From IMG/VR virus record IMGVR_UViG_3300023103_000007, positions 1 to 52,332 of that record: DNA of 52,332 bases; one strand, 5' to 3'. Position 1 is the first letter of the stretch, and each line of letters begins with the position of its first letter. The notes under the pieces were generated by a model. The model was not told where the DNA came from and did no database searches. It worked only from the letters and a program-made list of their open reading frames with translations. A program made the position numbers and the translations under genes. This document shows, one piece after another, positions 52,095-52,332 of this stretch. The stretch is from a virus. Taxonomy: Duplodnaviria > Caudoviricetes.

Positions 52095-52332
52095 TCACTT
52101 AAAATCTGGGGATATGGCGGCTAGTACACCGTCGCGGATTTCTTCCCATGCTGCTGCCCATGCTGCTGCCCCTGCTGCTGCCCCTGCTGCTTCCCATGCT
52201 GCTTCTGCTGCTGCCCATGCTGCTGTCCCCGCTGCTTCTGCTGCCCCTGCTGCTGCCCCTGCTGCTGCCCCTGCTGCTTCCCATGCTGCTTCTGCTGCTG
52301 CTTCTGCTGCCCTTGCTGCTCCCCATCCTGCT
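52095..52332 (-). CDS. Ala-repeat protein, 3' part (continues from 721-1)
   Basis: ...AAWAAAWEEIRDGVLAAISPDFK, stop at 52095-52097; in frame with ATG 721 after merging the overlap. Confidence 0.8.
   Translation of the reverse strand, partial: AGWGAARAAEAAAEAAWEAAGAAAGAAAGAAEAAGTAAWAAAEAAWEAAGAAAGAAAWAAAWEEIRDGVLAAISPDFK
52166..52332. repeat. Terminal direct repeat, copy 2
   Basis: 164/167 identical to 1-167. Confidence 0.9.

Noticed and set aside
52099-52326. 75-aa MGSSRGSS repeat ORF on -
   Set aside because: It is an alternate frame of the same repeat; the Ala frame joins ATG 721 in frame.

Overview
This window looks like an essentially complete, circularly assembled dsDNA siphovirus genome of about 52.17 kb: positions 1-167 repeat 52166-52332 with 3 mismatches, and one minus-strand gene runs across the join. 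The replication module resembles YuA/M6-type phages (SNF2 helicase, AEP primase, UvrD helicase, family A polymerase). The GTA-like tail genes and tRNA-Ile2 suggest an alphaproteobacterial host (inference). No integrase was seen. The layout is: replication genes (1.2-7.8 kb); tRNA-Ile2(CAT), tRNA-Arg(CCT) and two candidate structured ncRNAs (8.5-9.2 kb); a thymidine-hypermodification cluster (9.25-13.95 kb); DNA polymerase; a leftward early region (17.7-24.0 kb); a repeat-rich, mostly non-coding stretch (24.05-25.5 kb); packaging, head and tail genes (27.85-48.4 kb); lysis genes; and a ~3 kb island of foreign composition across the contig ends. The most notable observations are: (1) a 5-hmdU DNA kinase, dUMP hydroxymethylase and TAGT/GREB1-like glycosyltransferase with no recognisable amino-acid:DNA transferase, which predicts a sugar-type thymidine modification; (2) at least 17 exact copies of the 9-mer CCCTCCCCG across the genome; (3) ApA/TpT and CpG depletion strong enough to shift protein composition; (4) an inverted pair of origin-like elements half a genome apart; (5) three proteins sharing an uncharacterised NPKR domain; and (6) a portal fused to an Acb1-like 2H phosphodiesterase. 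All family assignments come from motifs read by eye; no database search was run.
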